Below, one piece after another: positions 1 to 8,502 of a stretch of 64,000 bases of DNA. The position numbers were made by a program, and so were the translations under genes. Under the pieces are notes generated by a model. That model had not been told where the DNA came from. It saw nothing but the letters and a program-made list of their open reading frames with translations, and made no database searches. Numbering within the stretch: position 1 is the first letter of the stretch; every line of letters begins with the position of its first letter. Source of the DNA: an uncultured Chloroflexia bacterium (GTDB lineage Bacteria > Chloroflexota > Limnocylindria > Limnocylindrales > CSP1-4); the NCBI GenBank assembly GCA_963746845.1, contig CAVVCZ010000001.1, positions 64,001-128,000 of the forward strand, written 5' to 3'.

Positions 1-69
1 ATCGCCATCGGTGCGGGGCGCGCGCCAAGCGCGGTGCCCAACCGCGTGCGCGTCGAGCGAGGGGTCGGC

Positions 70-3000
70 GTGAGCTATCCGATCCAGCCCGGGAAGGTCC
101 AGGCACCCGCGCTCCGGGACGAGACCCTGGCCCGGACGCGCCTGCTCGACTGGCTCGAGATCAAGATCCACAGCCGCGTGATCTTCGTGATCGCCGACGC
201 CGGCTACGGCAAGACCACGCTCCTCGCGGACTTCTCCCGGCGGACGCGGCTGCGAACGATCTGGTATCGGCTCGACGAGGACGACCGCGACTGGGTCGGG
301 TTCCTGTCCCACCTCGTCGCTGCGGGTCGCGAGCACGATCCGGACTTCGCTCCGCGGACGGTTGCGACCCTTCGATCACTGGAGCCCGGCGGGCCGACCC
401 GCGACGACGCGATCGAGACGTTCCTCTCGGAGCTGCCGACGATCGCGCCCGAGGGCGCAGCGCTGATCTTCGACGACTTCCACATGGCGGACGAGGTCGG
501 CGACATCCGGCAGATCGCCCGCGAGATCGTCGCCCGGGCGCCGGACCGCTTGTCGATCGTGTTCGCCAGCCGCCGCCAGCCGCCGATCCCCGTGACGAAG
601 CTCCGGGCGCTCGGTGAACTGGCCGAGCTCGGGATCGCCGACCTCCGGTTCTCCGACAGCGAGCTCGAGCAGCTGTTCCGGGAGACCTACGGCAGGCCGC
701 TCGAACCCGACGTGCTCAGCGAGCTCGCCGCACGGACGGAGGGCTGGGCCGCGTCGCTCACCCTCGTCCAGGCGGCACTGCGCGAACGTTCGCCGTCCGA
801 AACGCGGTCGTTCGTGCGAGGTCTGTCGGGCGCTCGGGATGAGCTCCACGACTATCTCGCCGAGGAAGTCGTCGGCGACCTGCCGGAGATCCACCAGCAG
901 TTCCTGATGCGGACCTCGGTCCTCCAGGTCGTGACGCCCGAGCTGGCGCAGGTCGCGACCGGGTTGTCGGCAGTCGAGGTCCAGTCGCTCATGCTCGAGT
1001 CCGAGCGGTTGGGCCTCCTCGGCCGGCGGCCGAACCGGCGCTCGACGGCCCAGCGCTATCACCCGCTGGTGCGCGAGTTCCTCGAGGAGCGGCTCCGCCG
1101 CGAGATCGGCTCCGCCGGCGTCGACGAGCTCCACGTCGCGGTCGCCCGATGGGCCGAAGCTTCCGACTGGCGAACCGCCGCCCACCACTTCGCATCGGCC
1201 AGACGCTGGCCGGACCTCCAACGGGTACTGGACACCCACGTCGAAACGATCGTCGCCTCAGGCGCATTCGTTGCCGCTGCTGTTTACGTCGATCTGCTTG
1301 ACAAGTCCTCAGCCTCAGGATCCGTGGAGGTCGTCCGCTCTCGGGCGGCGAGTGTTACGGGCGACCTCGAAGTGATGCTTATCCATGCAGATCGTGCGGC
1401 CGAATTGGATCCGGGATCAGACGCGGTGACCATCAACTTGATCGCCTCGAACTACGTCGGTGGCGATATCAGACGGTCGGTCGAACTGGCTGAGCGCCTT
1501 TCAGTCGAGGGCAAGACCGCTCTCGCTCGTCAGCTTGGCGAAGGCACCCGCATGAATGTCTCCGGCTCCTTGGACGGAAACCTACAAGACATTGCCGACT
1601 ATCTGGAGCGACTTGCTGAGCGTAATCTCGCGGATGGACACCGCCATTACGAAGGCGTCAGTTTGCTGAACCTGTCCTTGACTTTGAAGGCTATGGGCGA
1701 AGTAGATCGCGCACGGGACGCGGCGTCTCAGTCCGTCGACGCGCTAGTAGCTAGTTCGTCAGGAATGGAACTAGCCTCGGCCAGATTTGCTTACGCGTGG
1801 GCGATCGCGTGGAAAGGCGATTTGGCTCAGGCTCGACAACTCTTCCTCGAGCAAGCACCCCTGCTCAAACATGCGATGCAGGCGGAGCTCCAACTCGAAA
1901 TTGCCGACCTTGAAACGGAGCTCGGCGACTCACAGGTCGCCGCCAGAGCCATGAGGTCTCTCGATTCAGAGGATCCGCCCCAATCAATCCAGGACATGGC
2001 CGCCTCTGCGAGGGCTCTCCTGCTGGTTCGCAATGGACAATCCCGCGACGCTCTTGCGCTGCTCGATTCGCTTCAGTCACCGACGCCAGCTCCGGAACCT
2101 GGCAGGCTCAGCCGTCTCAAGGCAATCCACGCCTATGCCGCCCTAATGGCAGGCCGGACTGATGCTGCGGACCTCGCTATGGACGCGGAACGGTTCGGGG
2201 AGCGCCAAGGCGCCGGCCGGCACCAACAGATGGCTTCCATCGTGCTTGCCGCCAGCGAGGAGCGACTTAGCGCTGAGATCGCTTCCATGCCTGCGAGCAG
2301 AGTCCCAGTTCTTTCCGTGATGACGGAGCTTCTTACCTCTCAGCTCCACCGTCTCGACAGTCATGCGCTGGATGTCTTGATCGAAGAAGCGTCGTTGCGG
2401 TCCGACAGATGGCTGCCAAGTCTGCGGGCTGCCACGGCCAATTCGTCAAACCCCGGCAGGCTTGCTGCCGCTCGTGTGTTGGATGTCGTGGGCGAGGCGG
2501 AGGACGTCGCACGGCTTCGACGGGTAGCCAAGGAGCCACGCCGCTCCACGAGGGATCGGACCCTGGGACGAGGCCTCGCACGGCGCCTAGCTTCCAAGGC
2601 ACTTGTCCTCGACCTAGGACGAGTCCGCGTTGTGCTTGGGGACAGGGAGGTCGCGGGCGGAGAGATCAGGAGAAAGGTTCTTGCACTCCTCTGCTTCCTG
2701 TTGGCCAAGCCGCGTATGACGGCTACCAGAGAGGAGGTCATGGAGGCCCTCTGGCCCGATGTCGACCCCAATGGCGCCATCAACTCCCTGAATCAAACCG
2801 TGTACTTTCTTCGGCGCGTCTTCGAACCTGAATACCAAGAAGACGTCTCGCCGAACTACGTACATCAAGAATCAGACTTGGTATTTCTCGACTCGGAGTT
2901 GGTTTACTCGTCCAGCGGCCGGTGCGCGACCCTCATCGCCTCAATCGATCGAAACCGAACCATTGAACTGGTCGATCAACTGAGCGAAACCTACGTTGGC

Positions 3001-3309
3001 CGATTTGCCGCTGACTTTGCCTACGAAGATTGGGCGGCCGACTATCGGGATTGGCTGCACGTCGGCTACTTGCACATTGTTGAGACTGAGATCGCCGATG
3101 AGATTGCACACGGGAGGTTTGAGCGAGGCGTGCGGCTGGCACGCCGCGCCCTAGAGGTCGACCCAAGGCTCGATACGCTTGGCCTGTCGCTCCTGCGTAT
3201 GTTGAAGGGGTCCGGCGCTCACTCGGCAGCCGCAGAGCAGTACGAGCGATATGCGTCGCTGCTTCGGTCCGAGATCGGCGTGGAACCACCGGCATTTGAC
3301 TCTGTCTAG
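70..3309 (+). CDS. MalT-like STAND ATPase / TPR / winged-helix-BTAD (SARP-type) transcriptional regulator
   Basis: ORF 34..3309; likely start GTG70 (VSYPIQPGKVQAP). Walker A ADAGYGKTT, WYRLDEDD, Walker B IFDDFH, TEGWAASL, RYHPLVREFL; helical TPR-like middle; C-terminal LGRVRV...LWPD...NSLNQTVYFLRR wHTH and BTAD-like end. Confidence 0.85.
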   Translation: MSYPIQPGKVQAPALRDETLARTRLLDWLEIKIHSRVIFVIADAGYGKTTLLADFSRRTRLRTIWYRLDEDDRDWVGFLSHLVAAGREHDPDFAPRTVATLRSLEPGGPTRDDAIETFLSELPTIAPEGAALIFDDFHMADEVGDIRQIAREIVARAPDRLSIVFASRRQPPIPVTKLRALGELAELGIADLRFSDSELEQLFRETYGRPLEPDVLSELAARTEGWAASLTLVQAALRERSPSETRSFVRGLSGARDELHDYLAEEVVGDLPEIHQQFLMRTSVLQVVTPELAQVATGLSAVEVQSLMLESERLGLLGRRPNRRSTAQRYHPLVREFLEERLRREIGSAGVDELHVAVARWAEASDWRTAAHHFASARRWPDLQRVLDTHVETIVASGAFVAAAVYVDLLDKSSASGSVEVVRSRAASVTGDLEVMLIHADRAAELDPGSDAVTINLIASNYVGGDIRRSVELAERLSVEGKTALARQLGEGTRMNVSGSLDGNLQDIADYLERLAERNLADGHRHYEGVSLLNLSLTLKAMGEVDRARDAASQSVDALVASSSGMELASARFAYAWAIAWKGDLAQARQLFLEQAPLLKHAMQAELQLEIADLETELGDSQVAARAMRSLDSEDPPQSIQDMAASARALLLVRNGQSRDALALLDSLQSPTPAPEPGRLSRLKAIHAYAALMAGRTDAADLAMDAERFGERQGAGRHQQMASIVLAASEERLSAEIASMPASRVPVLSVMTELLTSQLHRLDSHALDVLIEEASLRSDRWLPSLRAATANSSNPGRLAAARVLDVVGEAEDVARLRRVAKEPRRSTRDRTLGRGLARRLASKALVLDLGRVRVVLGDREVAGGEIRRKVLALLCFLLAKPRMTATREEVMEALWPDVDPNGAINSLNQTVYFLRRVFEPEYQEDVSPNYVHQESDLVFLDSELVYSSSGRCATLIASIDRNRTIELVDQLSETYVGRFAADFAYEDWAADYRDWLHVGYLHIVETEIADEIAHGRFERGVRLARRALEVDPRLDTLGLSLLRMLKGSGAHSAAAEQYERYASLLRSEIGVEPPAFDSV

Positions 3310-3343
3310 CCGCCTCACGCGTCCAGATAGGTACGTTGCCGTA

Positions 3344-3373
3344 TTGACCGGTTCGCTCCGGGCTCCCTATAGT
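3344..3373 (+). promoter_or_regulatory. sigma70-type promoter of the riboswitch/peptide operon
   Basis: TTGACC (3344-3349), 18 nt spacer, TATAGT (3368-3373). Confidence 0.75.
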
Positions 3374-3421
3374 CCGCCCCACTTCCCAGTACGGAGGTAC
3401 TAGGAAGAGCAGTTAAGACGC

Positions 3422-3491
3422 TCGGACGCGCCGACGCCTCACCTGAAATGGGCACTTAGGGTGAGGCTGAGCGAGTAGTGCAACCGACCGA
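3422..3491 (+). ncRNA. cyclic di-GMP-II riboswitch aptamer
   Basis: Hallmark UGGGCACUU (3449-3457) and GAG..AGUAGUGCAACCGACC (3469-3489). P1 TCGG 3422-25 / CCGA 3488-91; stem GCCTCACC/GGTGAGGC; pseudoknot GCACT 3452-56 with AGTGC 3477-81. Lies upstream of an HD-GYP gene. Confidence 0.88.
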
Positions 3492-3521
3492 CACGTGTGT
3501 CAGGTCGGTTTTCGTGTTCTT
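3482..3521 (+). terminator. riboswitch expression-platform terminator overlapping the aptamer 3' end
   Basis: AACCGACC-GACA(CGTG)TGTC-A-GGTCGGTT followed by U-rich TTCGTGTTCTT; mutually exclusive 12-bp stem 3506-3517 / 3533-3544. Confidence 0.65.
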
Positions 3522-3559
3522 GGGAGGGACAGACACGAAAACCGGAAGGAGGAACGAGC

Positions 3560-3592
3560 GTGGAGCCTCAGTCCGTAATCAAGAGCTGGTAG
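3560..3592 (+). CDS. 10-aa micro-ORF MEPQSVIKSW (uORF or peptide)
   Basis: Strong SD AAGGAGG 3546-3552, 7-nt spacer, GTG...TAG; immediately after the riboswitch. Confidence 0.45.
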   Translation: MEPQSVIKSW

Positions 3593-3608
3593 TCAGGAGT
3601 CGACATCG

Positions 3609-3698
3609 ATGAAGAATCGGCTGGTCCGGCTCTTTACTGCGGCAGGCGCTGTCGCAGCGATGGCAATCGCGGGGGGCGCGTCGCTCAAGGGCTTCTAG
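3609..3698 (+). CDS. 29-aa putative signalling peptide precursor MKNRLVRLFTAAGAVAAMAIAGGASLKGF
   Basis: SD AGGAG 3595-99, ATG3609, TAG 3696-98; basic N-terminus, hydrophobic helix, short GGA-SLKGF tail. Confidence 0.75.
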   Translation: MKNRLVRLFTAAGAVAAMAIAGGASLKGF

Positions 3699-3770
3699 TA
3701 CGTTTGGTCGTGTTCGAGTTTGGGCTCGGAGGGGTTAGAGTTTTCGAGACGACCACCGTATAGGGAACCA

Positions 3771-5206
3771 ATGTCTAGGTCCCTCAAGCTCTACATCGCA
3801 CTGCTCGCGGGTCTGAGCGTCTTGGCGCTTGCACTCGCGAGCTTTGTGTATGCGCAGGATCCGGCGCGGATCCTCGGCCTTCGGACCTCTATCGCGCTGC
3901 GCCTCGGCGGACCCGAGACCCCGGCCACTGAGGCTAATGTCCTTGCTGGGCTCGGCTTCTGGATCCTGATCACCCTCTTTGCGGGCGCACTGCCTGTCCG
4001 CATGCCTCGCGGGATGCTGGTGTCGGTCGCCATCGCCCCAATCGTCGCGGCAATGGCACTTGGGGGGCCTGTCGCCGCCGGATGGGTGGCCCTGATCGGA
4101 ACGATCGAGGGTCGCGAAGTCTCCGGGACAGATTCCTTGGTACGGGACCGTCGCCAATCACGCCGGCGTGCTCCTTCCCGCGATCGCCGGCAGCCTTGTC
4201 TGCGAGGCTGTGCTCTCGGTATCGACGACCGCGATCTGGTCGTTCGTCGCGACTGTGCTTGGCGCGGTCGTGCTGTTCGTCCTCAACTTTGCGATCGCCT
4301 CAGTGATGATTGCCCTCAAGTCTGGCCAGCCGCTGCGCATCGTCGTGGTCGGAGACGCTCGTGGCATTGTCGCTGAACGCACTCGCCCTCGCCCCACTCG
4401 CCTGGCTCATGGCGCAGATGTACGTCACCGCGTGGTGGGCTTCCCTGCTGTTCGCCCTTCCGCTCTACACGACCCGGGTCGCGTATCACCGGTTCGTCGA
4501 GATGCGCGACATGTTCACGCAGACCATCGGCGCCCTGGCCGAAGCCGTGGACAAGCGCGATCCGTACACCAGCAAGCACAGCCATCGGGTCAAGCAGATC
4601 GCCGTCGACATCGGGCGCGAGATGCGGGTCAACGCCCAGGAGCTCGAGGCGCTCGAGTGGGGCGGCCTGCTCCATGACGTCGGCAAGATCGGCGTGCCGG
4701 ACGCCGTCCTGCTGAAGTCGGACCGACTGACGCGGGACGAGCGGATGACGATGAACGCCCATCCGGTGCTCGGTGCCCAGATCATCGCGCCGGTCACGAA
4801 GCTCGCCCCGGAGCTCCCGATCATCCGCCACCACCACGAGTGGTTCAACGGCTCCGGCTACCCGGATCGCCTGATCGGTGACGAGATCCCGAAGCTTGCC
4901 CGGATCCTCCACGTGGCCGACGCCTTCGAGGCGATGACGGCCCAGCGGCCGTACCGGATGACGCCCCTGACGCCGGAGCAGGCGCTGGCCGAGCTCCGCA
5001 AGTTCGCCGGGATCCAGTTCGACCCATCCGTCGTCGACGCCTTCGTCCGGACGCCCTGGGTGCACGGGGTCTCCGACCCCGGCCGCCGCGAGGAGCCGCG
5101 CCAGATCCCGCTCATCGGGCAGGTCGCGGACCGGATGGCCCAGGCGAGCGGCCCGGCCCCGGCGAACACGGCTGCTCCCGTCACGGCCGGCGCCGACCAG
5201 GGCTGA
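3771..5206 (+). pseudogene. membrane-sensor HD-GYP c-di-GMP phosphodiesterase with two apparent +1 frameshifts (~4122, ~4369); real inactivation or sequence error
   Basis: TM helices continue over three frames (MSRSLKLYIALL.. -> GQIPWYGTVANHAG.. -> LNALALAPLAWLMA..). Intact HD-GYP domain: LLHDVGKIG, HHHEWFNGSGYP, DAFEAMT, RPYR. Confidence 0.85.
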
Positions 5207-5392
5207 CGCAGACCGGTTCGGTCATTCGCGTCGACCCCGCGACCCGCGCCGTCGAGCCCGCGACCGCAAACCGGTCGAACGCATGTCGCGACTCACCACA
5301 CGCACCGGACCGACTGCCCACCGTTCCCCGGCGGCTGACGACAGGCATCATTCGAGCGCGATGACGCCGAGACCGCGCCGACCCGTCTCCGC

Positions 5393-7546
5393 ATGCTGAT
5401 CGTCGGCATCCTGTTCGGCCTCACGCTGGGCCTGCTCGGCGGGGGCTCGATCAACAACCTCGCGAACGTCCGGCTGCGCTGGGTCTGGGTGCTGCTCCTC
5501 GCGGTAATCCTCCGGTTCGGCACGGAGTACCTGCTGATCCGCGGGAACGAGATCGTCGAGGCCCTGCGACTGCCGCTCTTCGTCGCCGCCTTCGGGATGC
5601 TCCTCGCCGCACTCTGGGTCAACCGCTCGCAGCCGGGCCTCCGGATCGCGTTCGTCGGCATCCTCCTGAACACGATCGCGATCCTCGCGAACGGCGGATA
5701 CATGCCGATCTGGCTGCCCAGCCTGCTGGCCGCCGGGTTCCAGCCGTCGGACGTGACGCCGTTCCACGTCCTGCTCCCCGCCGGCCTGACACTCGACTTC
5801 TTCCGGCACGCCGGACCGATCGCCGACATCCTCCCGATCCCGCTGCCGCTGATCCAGAACGTGGCCTCGATCGGCGACGTCTTCCTCACGGCCGGCCTGG
5901 CCTTCTTCCTGTTCGCCACGGTCGTCCGCACCCAGGACGAGGAAGACGAAGCAGCCGAGGACCTGGGCGAGCGCCACATGGCCGGGCTGGCGGCGACCGC
6001 GCGGATGCCGCGCAGCCTCTCGAGCGCCATGGGCGGCCAGCGGATCCGCCCGGGCACGGGTCTGGCCCCGGGCCTCACCGAGACGGCCGCCCTGAACCGG
6101 CCACTCGTCTTCGGCACGCCGGCTCCCGGTCTCGCGGGCCCGAGCACCGACCGGGTCGAGCTGATCGGCCGGCCGGGAACCCTCAGCGCGGCCGCGATGG
6201 GTGGACGGGTGGTCGCGCTCGCCCCGGTCCCCGCGGCCGGCACGGTCCCGTTCGACGACGGGGTCGCGGCCCCGGCGCGTCCACGGGTCGAGGTCGGCGC
6301 GCGGGTCCGCCGGCACCCGTACGTCCGTCTCGCCCTCAACGGCTCGTTCTCGGCGCTGTGGACCGGACAGTTCATCAGCCTCTTCGGCGACCGGGTCCAT
6401 CAGATCGCGCTGACGTTCCTCGTGGCGGCGGTCACGGATTCGCCGCTCGCGGTGGCATTCGTCTTCGTCGCGGCCACGATCCCGAACCTGCTGCTCTCGC
6501 CGATCGCAGGCACCTATGTCGACCGGTGGAACCAGCGCGACGTGATGATCGTGAGCGATCTCCTGCGGGCCGCCCTCGTCTTGCTGATCCCGATCGCGGC
6601 TGCCGCGAACATCTACCTCGTCTACCCCTTCGTCTTCCTGCTCACCTCCATCTCGATCTTCTTCCGGCCGGCTCGGGTCGCGGTCCTCCCGCGGATCGTC
6701 CGGGGGGACGAGCTGCTGACCGCGAACTCGGCGATGTGGGCGGGCGAGACCTTCGCGGACGTCATCGGCTACCCGCTGGCGGGCATCTTCGTGGCGTTCC
6801 TCGGGCCTGCGCTACCGCTGGCGTTCTGGTTCGACGCCGCGACCTATGCGGCCTCGGCGATCCTCATCGCGACGATCGCCGTCCCCGCCGTCAAGCGGCG
6901 ACGCGCGGCGAGCGCCGACGGCGGCAGCCCCGAGGGCGGTGTCCTCGCCGAGATGCGCGAGGGCTTCCGGTTCCTCCGCCGCGAACCGGTCCTGCTCGCG
7001 AACACGATCCAGGCGACCTTCGCCCAGTTCGCGATCGGGTCGCTGACAGCCCTCACGCCGATCTTCGTGCGCGACGTCCTGGCGCCGACGAACGTCGACC
7101 CGAAGGCGGCCTACGCATTCCTGGAAACGGCGATCGGCGTCGGCAACCTGGTCGGTGGCTTCGTCATCGGCCTGATCGGGGTGCGGCTCGCGAAGGGCCG
7201 CAGCATCATCGCGGGCTACGTGATGTGGGGCATCACGATGATCCTGTTCGCGTTGAGCGGAAACCTGCTGGTCGACTTCGGGATCCTGTTCGGCGCGGGC
7301 GTCGCCAACATGGTGTTCGTGATCCCGAGCCAGGTCCTGTTCCAGGAGCGCACGCCGGCCGACATGATCGGGCGGGTCGTGGGCTTCCGATTCGCGCTCG
7401 TCTTCGGGTCGATGACGCTGGCGATGGCCCTCGGAGGCCTTGCCGCACAGGCGGTCGGGACGGTGCCGGTGCTCGTCGTGAGCGGCCTGATGTCGGTCGT
7501 TGCGGGACTCGCCGGCCTGCTGGTGCCGCCGCTGCGTGACGCCTGA
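5393..7546 (+). CDS. DUF5317-like membrane domain fused to an MFS transporter (DHA3/MefA-like)
   Basis: N-terminal ~180 aa with GILLNTIAILANGGYMP, IADILP, SIGDV; Pro/Ala linker; 12-TM MFS with LWTGQFISLFGD, GTYVDRWNQRDVMIVSDLLR, GRVVG. Confidence 0.8.
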   Translation: MLIVGILFGLTLGLLGGGSINNLANVRLRWVWVLLLAVILRFGTEYLLIRGNEIVEALRLPLFVAAFGMLLAALWVNRSQPGLRIAFVGILLNTIAILANGGYMPIWLPSLLAAGFQPSDVTPFHVLLPAGLTLDFFRHAGPIADILPIPLPLIQNVASIGDVFLTAGLAFFLFATVVRTQDEEDEAAEDLGERHMAGLAATARMPRSLSSAMGGQRIRPGTGLAPGLTETAALNRPLVFGTPAPGLAGPSTDRVELIGRPGTLSAAAMGGRVVALAPVPAAGTVPFDDGVAAPARPRVEVGARVRRHPYVRLALNGSFSALWTGQFISLFGDRVHQIALTFLVAAVTDSPLAVAFVFVAATIPNLLLSPIAGTYVDRWNQRDVMIVSDLLRAALVLLIPIAAAANIYLVYPFVFLLTSISIFFRPARVAVLPRIVRGDELLTANSAMWAGETFADVIGYPLAGIFVAFLGPALPLAFWFDAATYAASAILIATIAVPAVKRRRAASADGGSPEGGVLAEMREGFRFLRREPVLLANTIQATFAQFAIGSLTALTPIFVRDVLAPTNVDPKAAYAFLETAIGVGNLVGGFVIGLIGVRLAKGRSIIAGYVMWGITMILFALSGNLLVDFGILFGAGVANMVFVIPSQVLFQERTPADMIGRVVGFRFALVFGSMTLAMALGGLAAQAVGTVPVLVVSGLMSVVAGLAGLLVPPLRDA

Positions 7547-7647
7547 CCTTCGGTACACTGGCGCCCGCACTGCGCGCCCGGGCCCGAGCCCGATCTCGCG
7601 GGCCGGCGCGGCGGAGCGCCCCCCACACACAGGAGTGACAGGACCGG

Positions 7648-8436
7648 ATGACCGAACCGAAGGACGGCGCGCCCGACGCGACCCAGCCGATCGACGATCC
7701 CGTTCCGGACGCGACGGCCGAGGAGTCCGACGACGACGCCGCCCGCGCCGAAGCCGAGGCCGCCGCACTCGCGGTCAACGAGGTCGACGACGGAGAGGAC
7801 GCGACGGCGGACGAGGTCGATGCCGAGGTCGAGGAGGAGGCGTCCGATGGGGACGAGGAGCCCGAAGCCGCCGACGCGGAGGACGGCGACGGCGCCGGCG
7901 GCGAGGACGATGACTTCGACGAGGAGGAGGAGGAGGACGCGGCCCTCGTCGGTGTTCCCGCCGCGGCCGGCGCTGCCGCGGCGGCATCAGCGCCGCTGAC
8001 CGGTCGGGCGGCCCGGGAGGCCCGCGAGGCCCGCATGGCGGCCGCGGGCCAGTCGATCCCGATCGACCCGTCGATCCGGATCCGTGACAACGCCTCGAAG
8101 TGGTTCGTGATCGGCACGCTCGTCGTGCTCGGCCTGATCTTCCTCAACGGGATGCTCCTCGGCACCGGCGGGCTGTTCCGCCCATACGTGTCCCCGAGCC
8201 CCGAGCCGACGCCAAGCGCGACCGCCCCGGCGTCTGTCGCACCATCGGCGTCGGTGGCGCCATCCGGCTCGCCGTCGGCCTCTGGGTCGATCGCCCCGTC
8301 CGGCTCGCCCGCGGCCTCGGGGTCGCCCGCGGCTCCGTCGGCGTCCGCGTCGGCCGCTCCGTCGGGCCCGGTGCCGTCCGCGTCGGGCGGTCCATCGGCG
8401 CCAAGCGCCGCGCCATCGGGGTCCCTCGCGCCCTGA
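7648..8436 (+). CDS. single-TM protein with acidic N-terminus and Ser/Pro/Ala-rich extracellular tail
   Basis: D/E-rich N-terminus; TM WFVIGTLVVLGLIFLNGMLLG; repeated APSASVAPSGSP; SD AGGA. Confidence 0.75.
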   Translation: MTEPKDGAPDATQPIDDPVPDATAEESDDDAARAEAEAAALAVNEVDDGEDATADEVDAEVEEEASDGDEEPEAADAEDGDGAGGEDDDFDEEEEEDAALVGVPAAAGAAAAASAPLTGRAAREAREARMAAAGQSIPIDPSIRIRDNASKWFVIGTLVVLGLIFLNGMLLGTGGLFRPYVSPSPEPTPSATAPASVAPSASVAPSGSPSASGSIAPSGSPAASGSPAAPSASASAAPSGPVPSASGGPSAPSAAPSGSLAP

Positions 8437-8502
8437 TCCGGATGCGCCCCGGGCGGCCCGAAGGCCGTACTCCGGCGGCGCGTCCGTGCGATCCTCGGAG
8501 GC

